Notes: generated from the letters alone by a model not told the origin. A stretch of DNA of 64,000 nt from the human T2T-CHM13v2.0 reference genome, Homo sapiens (GCF_009914755.1 NC_060929.1), one strand, 5' to 3'. Counted from the first letter of the stretch, positions 14,099 to 27,399 are shown. Made by a program: numbers and translations.

Positions 14099-15418
14099 TA
14101 AAATTGTATGTATTTATAGGGTACAAAGTAATGTTCTGATATATGTATACAAAGTGGAATGATTAAGTCAAACTAAACATATCCATCACCTCAGATATGT
14201 AAAATATTTGTGGTAAGAATATTTGAAATGTACTCTCTTAGCAATATTGAAATATACAATACACTATTATTAAAGGTAGCTACCATGCTGTGCAGTAGAT
14301 ATCAAAAATGTATTCCTCCTAACTGAAACTCTTTACCCTTTGACCAATGTCTCCCTTCTCATCCTGTCCCCAGCCTTGGGCAAATACCGTTTATTCTCTG
14401 TTTCTTTGATTTCAATTGTATTCGATTCCACAGATAAGTGAGATCATGCAATATTTGTCTATGACTGGCTTATTTCACTTACTGTAATGTTCTCCAGGTT
14501 CATCCATGTTGTTGCAAATGACAAGATTTCGTTTTTTAAGGCTGACTGGTACTCCAGTGTATATACAGGCATACTCCTTTTTATTGTGTTCTGCTAGGTT
14601 GCATTTTGCAAATACAGCAGTTTTTACAAATTGAAGCTTTGTGGCAACCGTTTGTTGAGCAAGTCTTTCAGCACCGTTTTTCCAACAGCATGTGTTCACT
14701 TCATGTCTCTGTGTCTCATTTTGGTAATTCTCACAATATTTCAAACTTTTTCTGTCATCTGTGATCAGTGATCTTTGTTACTATTATAATGGTTTTGGAG
14801 TGCCATGAACTGCGCCTATGTAGGACAATGAATTTAATCAATAAATGTTGTGTGTACTGTGGCTACAACACTGATCAGCCATTCCCCTGTATTTCTCCCT
14901 CTGCTCAGACCTCCCTATTCACTGAGACATAACAATATAGAAATTAGGACAGTTTAACAACCCTACAATGTCTTCTAAGTGTTCAAGTGAAAGGAAGAGC
15001 TGCATATCTCTCCCTTTAAATCAAAAGCTAGAAAGGACTAAGCTTAGTAAGGAAGGCATGTTGAAAGCCGAGATAGGCTGAAAGCTAAGCCTCTTGTGCC
15101 AAACAGTTTACCAAATTGTAAATGCAAAGGACAAGGTCCAAAGGAAACTAAACGTTCTCCATTGAACACATAAATGATAAGAAAGCAAGGTAGCCTTATT
15201 GCTTATGTGGAGAAAGTTTGAGTGGTCTAGATGGATCGAACTAGCCACAAGATTCTCTTATGCCAAAGCCTAATCCAGAACAAGGCTGTAACTCGTCTTA
15301 ATTTCATGAAAGCTGAGAGAAGTGAGGAAGCTGCACAATTAAAGTTTGAAGCTAGCAGAGGTTGGTCCATGAGGTTTAAGGAAAGGAGCTTTCTCCGTAA
15401 ACTACAAGTACAAGGTGA

Positions 15419-15498
15419 AGCTAGGTCTTCTGGATAACATGCTGAAGCTTCTACGTCATTCAGCACTTGCTTCAGCATGTTTTCCAGAGGATCTAGCT
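15419..15498 (+). ncRNA. MIR5706: pre-miRNA hairpin matching MIR5706 (mature 5p ttctggataacatgctgaagct, 15428-15449)
   Basis: 30-bp stem 15419-15448 with 15469-15498 (27 Watson-Crick pairs, 2 G:U, 1 mismatch), 20-nt loop; mature sequence and DMXL1-intronic location recalled for hsa-mir-5706. Confidence 0.85.
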
Positions 15499-16339
15499 AA
15501 GATAATGGATGAAGGTGGCTACACAAAAGGACAGATTTTTAAAGTACATGGAACAGCCTTCTGTTGGAAGAAGATGCCATCTAGGACTTTCGTAGTTAGA
15601 GAGCAGTCAGTGCCTGGCTTCAAAGAACAGACTGACTCTTGTTAGGGGCTAATGCAGCTGGTAACTAAGTTGAAGCCAATGCCCATTTACCATTCTGAAA
15701 ATCCTAGAGTGTTTAAGAATTATGTGAAACCTATTCTGCCTGCGCTCTACACATGGAATAGCAAAGCCCAATGGCAGCACCTCTGTTTATAGCATAATTT
15801 ACTGAATATTTGCAGCCTACTATTGAGACCTTCTGTTGAGAAGAAAGATTTCCTTTCGAAATATTGCTGTTATTGACAGTGACCTGTTCACGCAAGAGCT
15901 CTGATGCAGGTGTACAAGGAGATTAATATAGTTTTTATGCCTGCTAACACAACATTCATTTTGCAGTCCATGAATCAAAGAATGCCTCCAACTTTTAAGT
16001 CTTATCATTTAAGAAATACATTTCATAAGGCTATAGCTGCTATAGATAATTATTCCTCTGATGGATCTGGACAAAGTAAATTGAAAACCACTGGAAAGGC
16101 TTCACCATTCTAGATGCCATTGGGGACATGTGTAATTCATGGGAGGAGGTCAAAATATCAACATTAACAAGAGTTTGGAAGAAGTTGATTCCAGCCTTCA
16201 CAGATGACTTTGAGAGGTTCAAGACTTCAGTAGAGGAAGTAATTGCAGATACGGTAGAAATAGCAGGGGAACTAGAATTAAAAGTAGAACCTGAATATGT
16301 GACTGAATTGCTGCAATCTCAGGGTAAAACTTCAGCAGA

Positions 16340-16629
16340 GCCAGGCACGATGGCTCATCCCTGTAATCTCAACACTTTGGGATATTGAGGTGGGAGGATC
16401 GCTTAAGGCCAGGAGTTTAGGATCAGCCTGGGCAACATAGACGCCATCTCTGAAAAAAATTTAGGTAGGTTTAGTGTTACGTGCCTGTAGTCCTAGCTAT
16501 TCAGGGAGCTGAATAGGAATATCACTTGAGTCCAGGAGGTCAAGACTGCAACGAGCTATGATCACACCACTGCACTCCAGCCTGGGCAACAGGAGGAGAC
16601 CCTGTCTCAAAAAAAAAAAAAAAAAAAAC
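16340..16629 (+). mobile_element. AluJ inserted in Tigger1
   Basis: Perfect TSD aaaacttcagcaga at 16326-16339 and 16630-16643; long poly(A). Confidence 0.92.
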
Positions 16630-17798
16630 AAAACTTCAGCAGATGAGGAGTTGCTTCTTAAAGGATGAGCAATGAATGTGGTTTCTTAAGGTGGAATCTA
16701 TTCCTGGTGAAGATGCAGTGAACATGGTTGAAATGACAACAAAGGATTTAGAATAGTCTGTAAACTTAGTTGATAGAGCATTGGCAGGGTTTGAGAGGAC
16801 TGACTCCAATTTTGAAAGAAGTTCTAAATTCTATCAAATAGAATTACATGGTATAGAGAAATCTTACATAAAAGGAAGAGTCCATCTATGTGGCACACTT
16901 CATTGTTGCCTTATTTTAAGAAATTGCTATAGCCATCCCAGCCTTCAGTAACCTCTACCCTGATCAGTCAGCAGCCGGTAACATCAAGGCAAGATTCTCC
17001 ATCAGCAAAAATTATGACTTGCTTAAGGCTCAGGTGATTGTTATGTTTTAGCAATGATGTATTTTTTAATTAAGGTATGTACACTCATTTTAGACATAAC
17101 GCTATTGCACAGTTAATAGACCACAGTATGATGTAACCATAGCTTGTATATGCACTGGGAAACAAAAAATTGTGTTACTCATTTTATTGCAATATTTGCT
17201 TTATTGTGGTGGTCTGAAATCGAACCCATGGTATCTCCAAGGTCTGCCTATATATACGATATTTTCTTTATTAATTTATTGATGGATACTTAGGTTGAAT
17301 TGATAACTAAACTATTGTGAAGAAAACTTCACTTAACATTGGAGTGCAGCTATCTCTTCAACATACTGATTTCACATCCTTTGACTATATACACATAAGT
17401 GGGATTGGTGGATCATGTGGTAATTTTGTTTTTAAATTTTTTCTTTTTTTTTTTAGTTAAAATTTCTTTTCTTTTCTTCTCTTTTAATAAAACATTGTCC
17501 CAGAATATTTTTAGATATTTGAGGAACCTTCATACCCTCTTCCATAATGGCTGTACTAATTTATGTTCCCATTAGCAGTGTACCAGGCTCCCCTTTTCGC
17601 CACTTCTTTATGAAAACTGTTTGTTTTTTTCTCTTTCTGATAATAGACATTCTAGCAGGTGTGAGTTGTTATCTCATTATGGCTTTAATTTGCATTTTCC
17701 TGATGATTATAGATATCAAGCGCTTTTTTCATTTATCTGTTGGACATTCATATGTCTTCATTTGAGAAATATCTGTTCAGTTCATTTATCCCCTCTGG

Positions 17799-17935
17799 TT
17801 TTTTTTTTTTTCCCCCAAGAGTTGAGGGTCTTACTCTGTTGCCCAGGCTGGAGTCAAACTCCTGGCCTCAAGCCATCCTCCTGCCTCAGCCTCTCAAATA
17901 GCTGGGTCTACAGGTGTGCACCACTTGTGCCTGGC
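17799..17935 (-). mobile_element. FLAM / Alu monomer
   Basis: Poly(T) plus single antisense Alu arm. Confidence 0.8.
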
Positions 17936-18849
17936 ATGCCTATTTTTTAATTGAGTTGTTTTCTTGCTATTGGGTTACTTGAGTTCTTGATATATTTTGG
18001 ATATTAACTCCTTATCAGATATACAGATTGCAGATATTATTTCCCAATCCACGGCTTTTCTCTTCACTCTGCTAATTGTATTCTTTGCTATGCAGACATT
18101 TTCAGTTTGATGTCATCCCATTTGTTCATTTTTGCTTTTGTTGCCCGTCCCTTTGGTGTGATATCCAAAAAAATCATTGCCCAGACTGATGACATGTAGT
18201 TTTCCCTCTGTGTTTTCCTCTAGTAGTTTTACAATGCAGGTCTTATGCTTAAGTATTTAATCCATTTTGACCTATTTTTGTATATGGTGTAAGATAATGG
18301 TCCAATTTCATTCTTCTGCATGTGGTTATCTAGTTTTCCCAGCACCATTTTTTGAAGAAACTATCCTTTCCCATTGTGTGTTCCTGGCACGTTTGACAAA
18401 AATCAATTGAGTATAAATGTATGGGTTGATTTCCGTGCCTTCTATTCTGTTCCATTGGTCTGTTTCTGTTTTTACACCAGTATCATGCTATTTTGGTTAC
18501 CCTAGCTTTGTAATATAGTTTGAAATCAGGTAGTGTGATGTCTCTAGGTTTGTTCTTTCATCTCAAGTTTACTTTGAGTATTTGGTGTTTCTTGGTATTC
18601 CTAATGAATTTTAGGGTTTTTTTCTTCTATTTCTGTGAAAAATGACATCAGTATTTTGATAGAGATTGCGTTGAATCTGTAGATCATTTTGGATAGTTTG
18701 GACATTTTAACAAATTAAAAATTTAACAAATTAATTTTTCCAATCTGTGAACACTGGATATCTTACCATTTATTTGTGTCTTCAAATTTCTTTCATCAAT
18801 ATTTTATAGTTTTTATTTTAGAGCTCTTTTATCTCCTTGGTTAAATTTT

Positions 18850-18974
18850 TGTTTTTAATGAGATGGGGTCTTGCTGTGTTGCCCAGGCTTTTCTTAAACT
18901 CCTGAGCTCAAATGATCCTCCCACCCTGGCCTCCCAAAGTGCTAGGATTACAGATGTGAGCCACCGGCCTGGCC
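18850..18974 (-). mobile_element. FLAM_C / Alu monomer
   Basis: Single antisense left arm ending ...cctggcc. Confidence 0.8.
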
Positions 18975-19920
18975 GATATATTTCTAAGGTTTTTTTTTTT
19001 TTTTTTTAAGTAGCAATGATTAATGAGATTGTTTTGTTTATTTTTAAAATCAGATCAGATAATTTGTTGTTACTGTATGGAAATGCCACTGCTTTTTGCA
19101 TTTTAATTTTGTATCCTTCATGTTTAATGTAGTTGTTTATTAGTTCTAACTGTTTCTTTGGTGGAGTCTTATGTGTTTTCTGTATGTAAGATTGTGTTGT
19201 TAGCAAACAGTGACATTTTCACTTCTTTATTTCCTATTTGGATGCCTTTTTATTTCTTTCTCTTGTCTAAATGCTCTGGCAGGGACTTCTAGTACTATCA
19301 TAATTGAGTAGAAGTTGTGAGAGAGTGCATCCTTGTCCTCTTTCTGATCTTAGAGGAAAAGCTTTTGAATTGTCACTGTTGGGTATGATGTTTAGCTCTG
19401 GGCTTGTCATTTATGGCCTTTGTTGTGTTGAGGAACATTCCTTCTACACCTAATTTGGGAGAGTTTTTGTCATGAAAGGATGTCGAATTTTATCAGATGC
19501 TTTTTTTGCATCAGTTGAGAGGATCATATGGTTTTGTCCTTAATTTTGTTAATATGAACAGAATGACATCAGTTAATTTGCACATGTTGAGCTAATCTTG
19601 AACCCATGGCATAATTCCTACTTGATCACAGTGGGTGATCCTTTTATTGTGCTGTTAATTTGGTTTGCTGGTATTTTGTGGGGGGTTTTACATTTGTATT
19701 TATCAGGGATAATGGCCTATAATTTTTTTTAATTCATTTTGCCTGGCATTGGCATAAGGGAAATCCTGGTCTCATAAAAAGAGGAACTTTTCTTTCCTTT
19801 CTGTTCTTCGGAGGAGTTCAAGAAGGATTGGTGTTAGTTTTTCTTTAAATGTTTAGTAGAATTCACCGGTGATGCGATCAGATTCTAGGCTTTTGTTTTG
19901 ATGGGTTGATGGGAGACTTT

Positions 19921-20180
19921 TTTTTTTTCTTTGAGACAGAGTCTCGCTTCTGTCACCCAACGCTGGAGTGCAGTGGTGCAATCTCGGCTCACTGCAACTT
20001 CTGCCCCCGGGTTTCAGGTGATTCTCCTACTTCAGCCTCCTGAGTAGCTGGGGTATTTTTAGTAGAGACAGAGTTTCACCATGTTGGCAAGGCTGGTTTG
20101 GAACTTCTGACCTCAAGTAATCTGCCTGCCTTGGCCTCCCAAAATGCTGGGGTTACAGGCGTGAGACGCCATGCCCGGCC
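19921..20180 (-). mobile_element. AluS with internal deletion
   Basis: TSD tgatgggagacttt (19907) / tgatgggaaacttt (20181); arm junction shortened at gagtagctggg|gtattttt. Confidence 0.9.
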
Positions 20181-20409
20181 TGATGGGAAACTTTGTATTA
20201 CTGATTTATGTCCTTACTCATCATCAATCTGTTCAGATATTTTATTTTTTCATATTTCAGTTCTGGCAGGTTGTCTGTGTCTAGGAAGTTATCTATTTCT
20301 TCTGGGTTATCCAATTTGTTGGCATATATCTGCATATTAATCTCTTATGATTATTTGTGGTATCAGTTGTAGTGTCTCTTCGTTAACTTCTAATTTTATT
20401 TTTAGTCTT

Positions 20410-20707
20410 TGGTTTATTTATTTATTGAGATAGAGTCTTGCTCTGTCGCCCAGGCTGGAGTGCCGTGGCGCCTCGCAGCTCACTGCGACCTGTGCCTCGT
20501 GGGTCCAAGCGATTCTCCTGCCTCAATCTCTCAAGTAGCTGGGATTACAGGTTTGCTCCACCACACCCAGCTAATTTTTGTATTTTTAGTAGAAACAGGG
20601 TTTTGCCATGTTGGCCAGGCTGGTCTCGAACTCCTGGTCTCAAGTGATCTGCCTGCCTCCGTCTTCTAAAGTGCTGGTATTACAGGCATGAGCCACTGCG
20701 CCTAGCC
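20410..20707 (-). mobile_element. AluS
   Basis: Complete antisense dimer. Confidence 0.9.
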
Positions 20708-23109
20708 TTTCTTTTTCTTAATCTTGCTAAGGAGTTGTCAATTATATTTATCTTTCCAGCAAACTGGAAAGTGTTCAGGTTTTTTTCCCCTGTCATTTTT
20801 CTAGTTTATACTTTATTTATTTCTCCTCTGATTTTCATTTCCTTTCTTCTGCTAACTTTGGGCTGAGTTTCTTCCAATTTTTGTTCCTTGATGTATAATA
20901 GTAGGTTGTTTATTTGACAGAGATATATATATATATATGGGGGGAGGCACTGAATGCTGTAATTTTCTCTCTTAGAAATGGTTTTGCTGCATCCCATAAA
21001 TTTTAGCATATTCTGTTTTTGTATTTGTTTGTCTCAAGATAATTTTTAATTTCTCTTTTGGTTTCTTCTTTGACTCATTGTTTTTTCAGGAGCATGTTGT
21101 TTAATTTCCACAAATTGGTGACTTTTCCAAGATTTCTCCTGTTATTTATTTCTCATTTCATACTATTGTGATCAGAAAAGATACTTCATATGATTTACAT
21201 ACACTTGAATTTTTTAAAACTTGCTTTGTAATCTAACACAGTATCTATTCTGGGGAATATTCTTTGTGTGCACAAAAAAGAATGCGTATTCTCTTGCTGT
21301 TTGGTAGAATGTTCTGTACATGTCTTTTAGGTACATTTGGTCTAAGAGACTAAACATTCTGTCTGGATGGTCTGTCCTTTGTTGCAAGTAGGGTATTGAA
21401 TCCCCCTATTATTACTGTATTGTAATCTATCTCTCCCTTTAGTTTCTTTAATATTTGTTTTCGAAGTCTAAGTGCCTCTGTTGTTGAGTACATATATATT
21501 TATAATTATTAATATCCTCTGGATGAATTGACCCCTTTATCATTATGTAACATACTTCTTTGTCTCCTTTCACAGTTTTTGACTTAAAGTCTATTTTGTC
21601 TAAGTATAGCTACCCCTATTCTATTTCGGTTTCTATTTGAGTAGGATTTATTTAAATAAGAATAAATTTATTTTAATTTTCCTCTATATATTCAGGTAGT
21701 TCACTGAACTTTTTAAGTGGATTATTCCAAATATTCGTCAGTCATTTCATAGATCTGTTTCCTTTGGGTTCATTATTGGAAATTTATTAGTTTGTTTCGA
21801 GATATAATGATTCCCTGATTCTTCACCATTCTCGTGTATTTGCTTTGGGGTCTGCTCATTTGAGCAAGCTATCTGGCCAAGATAGAGCTTCACTATTAAA
21901 CCTAGCCTCTGATTATGCGTGGTTCAGCCTGAAATGACCCCAGGGAGGCAGGGCTTGCAGTTGGGTTCTCTAGGTGGCTAGGCCCCTGCCTTTAGGTTCT
22001 GAGGTTGGATGTTGCTGCTCTCTAGGTTCTGCTGTCTGGCAAGACCACTGTCAAGACCACTGGCTGGTCTCTGCAGTCAGTCAGACCTGCTGGCTGGGCA
22101 CTGCCATAGCCTCTAATTGGGCTGGGTTACAGGATGTGTTCTCTGGCCAGGCAGTATTATCGTTTGGGTTCTGAAGTTGGGCAGGGTTGCAGGCTGGCCC
22201 CGAGGTTAGGCAGAGTTGTTACTCCAGATGGACAGATTCAGAGGCTATGTTTTATAGAAATGCGTGTTTGAAGCTTGCCCTCCTGCCTGAACGGAACCTT
22301 GGTGTGAGGTCTGGGGCTGGGCCAAGCCCCTGTTTGGCCTCCCAGGTTGGGCAGGCCTGTCTTCTAAGGAAATACACAGTGATCGGTGTCTCCCTGCCTG
22401 GGTAGGACCTGGGAGTGGTGTTTGAGGCTGAGCCAAGCCACTGTTTGAACTCTCTGGTTGGGCAGGTCTAGCCCCTGAGCTTTGCTGAAATATGCTGAGG
22501 TAGATGTCTACCAGTCTGGGCGGGGCTTTGGGGTGGGCTCTGAGGCTGGTTGTGGAGGTTGGCCATTTAAGGACTGAAGCCAGGTTGAATTTTTTACCAT
22601 GCTTCTGGAAGCAACCAGCTTGACTTTGCAGGTAGGATAGGCTATTGGCTGTTACCTCTAATTGGATGCTACCACTGGCAGGAACACAGAGCTACCACCA
22701 ACGTCTGCAGGCTAGTTGCTATAAGGTCTACCTCCTTTCTTTGTTTCTACGCAACACCAGATGATCTAGCTGTGACATTGCCCACATTGTTTCCCTTGAG
22801 GTGAGACCAGCGTGAGCTTCCTGGGAAACATTTTAGAACACTGGGGAAGCTCAATGTCTGACCGTGGCTTTCTTTTTCCACTGTACAAACTGTGGATCTA
22901 GGGAATTTTCTTCTTGTACCGCAAGCAAATCAGCTGGGATGGGAACAGGTGATGTGCTCAAAGTGAGACTGTTACTCTTACCCTTCTACTGCAGTTTTTG
23001 TTTGGTTCTGTGGTCCTCGCAGGTGTCTCAGCTCATTCCCAAGTTTGGGGGTAAAATGGCATTTTCTAATCTGTGGCTAGTTGCTACTTAAACTCTCTTT
23101 GTGCAGGGG

Positions 23110-23468
23110 TGTCTGTCTTTTGGGGCTTCTATAACAAATATCTTAGACTGGGTAATTTGTAAATAGGAACAAGTTATTTTTCATATTTCTGCAGGCTGGG
23201 AAGTCCAAGATCAAGACACCAGCAGATTTGGTGTCTGGTAAGGGCTTGATCTCTGCTCCATAGTTGACACCTTCTTGCTACATCCTTAAATGATGGAACT
23301 GGTAAAAAGGACTACCTATGTCTCTTGATCCCTTTTATAAGGATGTTAATCCCATTCACGAGGGCAATGGCTAGTTATCTCCTTAAGGCTCTGCCTGTTA
23401 ATGCTGTTACATTGCAGGTTAAGTTTCAACATGAAATCTGAAGGGATATAAATATGCAAATCATAGCA
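23110..23468 (-). mobile_element. MLT1A-type MaLR solo LTR
   Basis: ggctgggaagtccaagatcaag...cagcagatttggtgtctggt...tttcaacatga...catagca. Confidence 0.8.
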
Positions 23469-23929
23469 AGGAATGAAACCTGGAACTTCTATTCCTGCCA
23501 TCTTACTGATGTCTAAATCAGATTCTTTAATTATTTATGAAAATGTATTGAAGTTGCTGGAGAGATAACAGGAATCCAAAAATTTGATTTAGAATAATAG
23601 TCCATTCACAATGTAGGGTTTTTTTGTTTTGTTTTTACCTTTCATTTATTTTCAAAGTGTTCCGTATAGAAAGCATTTCACATTGCTTGGCATGGGAGGT
23701 GATTCCTTGCTTGGCTTAGGTTAAAAATTTGAGGCCATATATCTCAAAGCCACATGCTATAATTAATCATTTACTTTACCTAGTAATGCTAAACAAAATG
23801 TATTATGAAAAGTGAAAATAGAAGCTGAGCAATAAACATGTGTAGGCCACTGGGTTGAGAGAATTACTGACATAAATGATGTTGTATAAATATACAAATA
23901 TCTTATTAATATGGTGATATGGAGTAATA

Positions 23930-24082
23930 ATTACTGTGTGCCAGATTCTATTCTAAATTTTATAACTATATTATTTAATTATCAAAACTATGTTATAAGA
24001 TAGTTCCATGATTATTTGCATTTTTTACATACAGAGAGATTGAGGCATTAAGAGACAACGTAACTTATCCAAAGATTATATG
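23930..24082 (-). mobile_element. MIR (remainder continues after the Alu cluster near 24794-24845)
   Basis: Core-like tttacatacagagagattgaggcattaagaga...taacttatccaaagattata. Confidence 0.6.
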
Positions 24083-24088
24083 AATATA

Positions 24089-24169
24089 TTATGCTGGTAC
24101 AAAAGCAACTGCAGTTTTTGCCTTTTTTAATGGCAGAAACCACCTGCAATTACTTTTGTACCAACTTAA
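24089..24169. mobile_element. MADE1 (Hsmar1-derived palindromic MITE)
   Basis: ~80-bp inverted repeat tggtacaaaagcaactgcag...ctgcaattacttttgtacca with TA flanks. Confidence 0.88.
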
Positions 24170-24194
24170 TAGTCAACAATAGAGCTGGAATTTA

Positions 24195-24793
<599 letters not shown>

Positions 24794-25290
24794 TAGAGCT
24801 GGAATTTAACATATGCATTATGATTCTGGAGTCTTTGCAGTGCTATTCCTAATTCATCAACCTGAACTGCTTGCTTGATTTTTTTTTTTTTTTTTACTAA
24901 TTCCATGGAATTACATCCACAAAACAAATGTTGACCAAACAAAGGTGAAAAGCAGCTTTGAAGACAGAAATATATCAACATAAAATAATGCTTTAAGTGT
25001 TACTCATTTTTTAAAAAGGATCAGAAATACATCAGCACAGTGGAATTTGCCATAAGCATTTTTTCTTTTCCTTTCAAAAAAATGCTATTTTTGCAAAACA
25101 TATATGTGCTCATTGGAGTGATACAGTTATTTGAAGAAGGAAAAACTTAAAAAAGCCCATATTTCCAATCTTAAACTGTGAGTCTCATAGAAGTTTACAC
25201 ATTTATATTGAAAATATGGAACATACATTTCTGATAATCATATAAGCATATTTATAATTCTTATAAACATCATTTTTTACATTTCTTCAG

Positions 25291-25460
25291 GCCTGTCTAC
25301 AAGTCATTTTGCTTGGGCATTTCACTCAGTAGCAGAAGAAGAACTGCTGAACATGTTGCCAGCCATGCAGAAAGATGATCCCACTTGGTCTGAACTAAGA
25401 GCTATGGGTGTGGGGTGGTGGGTCCGGAATACCCGCATCTTACGCAAATGCATAGAAAAA
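25291..25460 (+). CDS. DMXL1: DMXL1 coding exon (~20): GLSTSHFAWAFHSVAEEELL...WSELRAMGVGWWVRN...CIEK
   Basis: cttcag|GC...AAA|gtaagt, 170 nt, phase 1-0; WAFHS and GVGWW are Rav1p_C-family motifs. Confidence 0.96.
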
Positions 25461-25966
25461 GTAAGTGTTTTATTTTGGTGTATAAGTGAATTAATATTTT
25501 TTGGACGTTTCTTTAAATGGCATTTCATATCTTCTCTGCCATTACTCCCTCTTGTTTTTGAAGCAGCAAAAGGCTTTTGAATAGTCTTTACATTTCATTT
25601 ATAACGTGTTTCAAAATATCTAAAGTTTTAAAATGTATATTCTAATTCCCAAGTTTTTAATTGACAAACTTGTTAGTAGTATATGTCTGATTTTTACAAA
25701 ATAATATATATGTTTAGAAAAATTTAAAAATAGTACAGAAGAACTTGTAATGAAAGGCAATAGTCCTATTATTCTCTGTATCCATTGAAGCCACCACTGT
25801 AAGTCACTTTTGTTATTATTTTATATATACATGCACATATTATTCATATACATATTTTTAAAATTTTATTAAACATTCAATGGATATGTGCCAGCCTTTC
25901 ATATGAAAGAAATTACTTGTTCAAAACTGTTTCTGTGAAATTTTGATCAATATTTTTTGATTATAG

Positions 25967-26064
25967 GTAGCTAAAGCAGCCTTTTATAGAAAGAATGATC
26001 CTTTAGATGCTGCCATTTTTTACCTTGCAATGAAAAAGAAAGCTGTGATTTGGGGATTATATAG
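25967..26064 (+). CDS. DMXL1: DMXL1 coding exon (~21): VAKAAFYRKNDPLDAAIFYLAMKKKAVIWGLYR
   Basis: ttatag|GTA...TATAG|gtaggt, 98 nt, phase 0-2. Confidence 0.95.
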
Positions 26065-26344
26065 GTAGGTAAAAAAAAAAAAAAAAAAGGGTGCTTCAAT
26101 GTGAAAACCTGTTCATAAGAAGTAAATGAATGAAGTAAGATTTGTTGTTCTTGTTGATGTTGATTCATGTAGATTCTTAGTTGTTTTATATTTAAAAGAG
26201 AGATTTCGTAAGGAAAAAGCCCCAAGTGTTTTTCAGAGTGGAAGAAACCTGATGAGGTCAGTTTAATTTGTTTTCAGATTTATCAATCCAGAAACAATAT
26301 TTTGCTTAAGAACTTCTCATTATGCTCCTATAAAACAAAGGTAA

Positions 26345-26690
26345 TGTATTAGTCCGTTTTCATGCTGCTAATAAAGACATACCCAAGACTGGGCAATTTA
26401 CAAAAGAAAGAGGTTTATTGGACTTACAGTTCCACGTGGCTGGGAAGGCCTCACAATCATGGCACAAGGTGAAAGGCATGTCTCACATGGCAGCAGACAA
26501 GACAAAACAGAGCTTGTGCAGGGAAACTCCTGTTTGTAAAACCAACAAGTCTCTTGAGGCTTATTCACTATCACAAGAATAGCATGGAAAAGACTTGCCC
26601 CAATGATTCAGTTACCTCCCACTGGGTCCCTCCCACAGCACTTGGGAATTCAAGATGAGATTTGGGTGGGGACACAGCCAAACCATATCA
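26345..26690 (-). mobile_element. THE1 (THE1B-like) solo LTR
   Basis: tgtattagtccgtttt...ggacacagccaaaccatatca; TG..CA termini; perfect 5-bp TSD ggtaa. Confidence 0.93.
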
Positions 26691-27399
26691 GGTAACTAAA
26701 CCAGAAACTTATGCTTGGGACAGGGAAGAAGATGAATTAAATGGTGGAGTCTGGAACAGGCATTTACCTCTGCACTATGGGCCAGCCTACCCCACAAAAC
26801 TATCTCCTTCCTGTGGGCCCCACCTTCTTTCTGAGCTGAATTCACTTAGAATTTTTCTCTCTCACTTCTGAGCAAGACTGGTGAACATGATTATCATAAA
26901 TAGTTCATCATTTGTTTTGAGTTTATTTCCAGATGACCCACATGAACAGCAACCTTTGGGGGAAAAATCACGATAACAAATCGGTTTTCTAAGAGACTTG
27001 ATGATTTACGGTTGTTTTGATTCAAGGCACATTCTTTAGATTTTTATCTCTTAGGTCATTCTCAGATGGCAGGGGTGAAAAGATACTGATGAGTTTCAAT
27101 GGTGGCACCCAAGTTAATATAAATCAAACATTTTGCATGGATTTAAAAGTAATTTTCACAGTCCTGCTAATGTAGTTTTCTTTGTATTTAGAAAGAAAAA
27201 TTTTTTGTAATCTCTGAGACTTATATAACAAATGTTTACCTAATATAATTTTTACTGGGAAAAGAAGCAGATACATAGTAAGTTATGAACTGGCAGATGT
27301 TTCTATTTAGACTTAGCCAAATCTTAACTTTAGAAAATTGATTCTGATGTAAAGAAAATTGTATTCCAAAATTTTCACACCATTTTTTTTCCTTTATAG

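Larger units (their letters stand above)
14566..17250 (+). mobile_element. Near full-length Tigger1 DNA transposon (pogo family), dead transposase, with internal AluJ
   Basis: ta|caggcatac...gtctgccta|ta termini with TA flanks; transposase remnants ([60 protein letters not shown]); about 2.38 kb without the Alu. Confidence 0.95.

Noticed and set aside
15231-16388. Tigger1 transposase ORFs as a functional or domesticated gene
   Set aside because: Split over several frames by stops and frameshifts, the inversion and an Alu
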